Program-made: the position numbers and the translations under genes
Notes under the pieces: generated by a model
The model's input: only the letters and a program-made list of their open reading frames with translations
The model's database searches: none
What the model was told of the DNA's origin: nothing
Part shown: positions 49,801 to 51,168 of the stretch, one piece after another
Position numbering within the stretch: the first letter of the stretch is position 1
Layout of the letters: each line of letters begins with the position of its first letter
Assembly (NCBI GenBank): GCA_010909165.1
Contig: VJWM01000339.1
Span: 1-51,168, forward strand
Direction of reading: 5' to 3'
DNA from: Anthoceros angustus
Taxonomy: Eukaryota > Plantae > Anthocerotophyta
DNA length: 51,168 bases

Positions 49801-50567
49801 GGGTGGAAGAGAAGGTCAAGTGAGACGAACCGTGGGTTTGTATGCTTGGAAAATGTGAGCAAAAAGTGAACTGTGAGAGGAGGGAAATCAACATGGAGAG
49901 TTGCCGATGGGAGAGAAGTAAGAGGGATTGGAGAAGTCTGTAAGTGATGTTTGCTGAGAAAGTGGAGATTGAATGAGGCCGTGAGGTGTGAGAACAAGGA
50001 GCGAAGGAGTTGCAGAGGAACTTGGGGAGTATGGAGAGAGATGCAAGAGGTACCTCGAGCCGTGAGAGCCTGGGAGGACTGTATGAAGCTTGGGAGGAAA
50101 GCTGAAAGGTTGAGGGAAGAAAGAGAGATCCGGGAAGTGTTACCAGTAAGGAGGTGGGTGTGATCGGCAACCCCGATTGGTGGATCTCGACTTTGTGGAA
50201 GGATAAGAGAGAGGTGTCCAATCTCCCACTTGACCCCAAGTGGGCCCCCACCCCTTCTATTAATAGCCGTGCCCGAACCCGAGATGGGCCCCGCTACTAA
50301 TAGAGGGTGGTTGCTAAGATAGCAACCGGCTCGGCCTGCTAAGGTAGCAACAGGTCAGCGTGGCTAAGATAGCCATGTGTCCGAGTGTTGTTAGGATAGT
50401 AGCTGGTCTCAGTCGCTAGATGTTTTGTATGTCCGTGTTTGGTTGATTGGCTATGTTTTGGTTGTCTTGACACTAAATCACTCCCTTGGGTACGAATCTC
50501 AAGTCTACAACGATAAAGAGGGTAAATGTGGCCTTTGTGACCACTTGGTTTAGAAAATCACTCCACA
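46826..50567 (+). mobile_element. 3' LTR (first ~150 nt missing; ~270-nt internal deletion at ~48140)
   Basis: Collinear with 37176-41185. Ends TCACTCCACA and is followed by inverted M sequence. Confidence 0.85.
47644..49269 (+). pseudogene. LTR-embedded ORF, copy in the 3' LTR
   Basis: Starts ATGGCGCTAAGAAG. Track ORFs 48564-48920 (coiled coil) and 49054-49269 (MEVLDPCL...RRTWA*) are pieces of it. Confidence 0.5.
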
Positions 50568-50996
50568 ATGGCTTGGTGTTAAGTTGGTCCATTCTTTCTC
50601 TTCCTTCTCCCACCATCCTAACACAATGCTTGGTCTCTCACTTCATGTACCACTTCAAAATTGCAACACTTTATGGTGGCTTGGTGTTCAGGTGTCCTTT
50701 TCTTATCCACCTTCTCACCCCATCTTAACACAATGCTTGGTCTCTCTCCTCTCACCTCACCTATTTATTGCCCCCTTATCACACCCTTTTATACTCTTTC
50801 ACTTCTCCTCCCTCCTTCATCATGACCGTGAGAAGGACCTCCCCTATCACAACCATTTTATACTCTTCCCTATTCCTCTTGCAACATGCTTGTAACAAGG
50901 ACCTCTCTCTCTGGCTGTCCTTCCCTTCCTATTTTACCTCCTTTGCATATCCTTTGTATACATATATATGTATATAGGCTTCAAGACATAAGTATG
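50568..50996 (-). repeat. Inverted right-hand tip of repeat M
   Basis: Reverse complement of ~19260-19686 and ~35520-35941. Confidence 0.85.
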
Positions 50997-51082
50997 GCCT
51001 ATTTATCTAGTCCACTAAAAGACCCTATATATAGCAAGCCTATCCTGCCTAAAACATAAGCTACTTTCCTTAGCAACCTATC

Positions 51083-51161
51083 TCCTACGTGGTAGGACAT
51101 CCTCCTACCATGGTAGGCGTTTTCCCTTTCTCCTACCACGGTAGGAGTTACTCCTGTAGGA
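51083..51161. repeat. Cluster of short palindromes (TCCTAC-N-GTAGGA)
   Basis: TCCTACGTGGTAGGA (51083-51097), CCTACCATGGTAGG (51104-51117), TCCTACCACGGTAGGA (51131-51146) and TCCTGTAGGA (51152-51161). Confidence 0.7.
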
Positions 51162-51168
51162 TACCTTC

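Larger units (their letters stand above)
37026..50567 (+). mobile_element. Two-LTR Athila-like element (5' LTR, PBS, gag, replaced segment, 3' LTR), ~13.5 kb
   Basis: Directly repeated LTRs at 37026-41185 and 46826-50567, a PBS and gag. No matching TSD (TGACC vs ATGGC). Confidence 0.7.

Noticed and set aside
37021-50572. Simple recent insertion with TSD for the two-LTR element
   Set aside because: The flanks TGACC and ATGGC do not match, so the borders derive from rearrangement.
50568-50590. TGG-starting sequence after the LTR (ATGGCTTGGTGTTAAG) as an alternative PBS, which would make M a LARD interior
   Set aside because: It does not resemble a tRNA 3' end I recognise, it is one of M's own ACCAAGC(C)AT repeats, and no PPT plus LTR occurs at M's other end.

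Overview
Eukaryotic window, most likely streptophyte (plant or charophyte-type). The evidence is a tRNA-Asp PBS matching plant cytosolic tRNA-Asp, a RabC-type GTPase and ~90-120 nt GT-AG introns. About 92% of it is transposon-derived. A single-copy island of ~4 kb (25024-28990) holds a six-exon RabC/Rab18 gene and a possible orphan terminal exon. The rest is built from two modules. The first is an Athila-like Ty3/gypsy element with a ~4.16-kb LTR (TGTGG...CCACA) that itself contains a ~640-codon ORF, followed by a tRNA-Asp PBS and gag-protease-integrase with no visible RT/RNase H. The second is a ~7-kb repeat (called M here) carrying a decayed Mutator-like (MULE/SWIM) transposase-like frame. 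The two modules are rearranged into a back-to-back LTR cassette, a 6.65-kb tandem duplication, several long inverted repeats and a 3.45-kb microhomology-stitched mosaic containing a 16-unit 39-bp array. Major caveat: small indels are dense, even inside the conserved Rab exons. This looks like an unpolished long-read consensus, so proteins were reconstructed by eye across frameshifts. Part of the architecture, especially 43371-46836, could be an assembly artefact.
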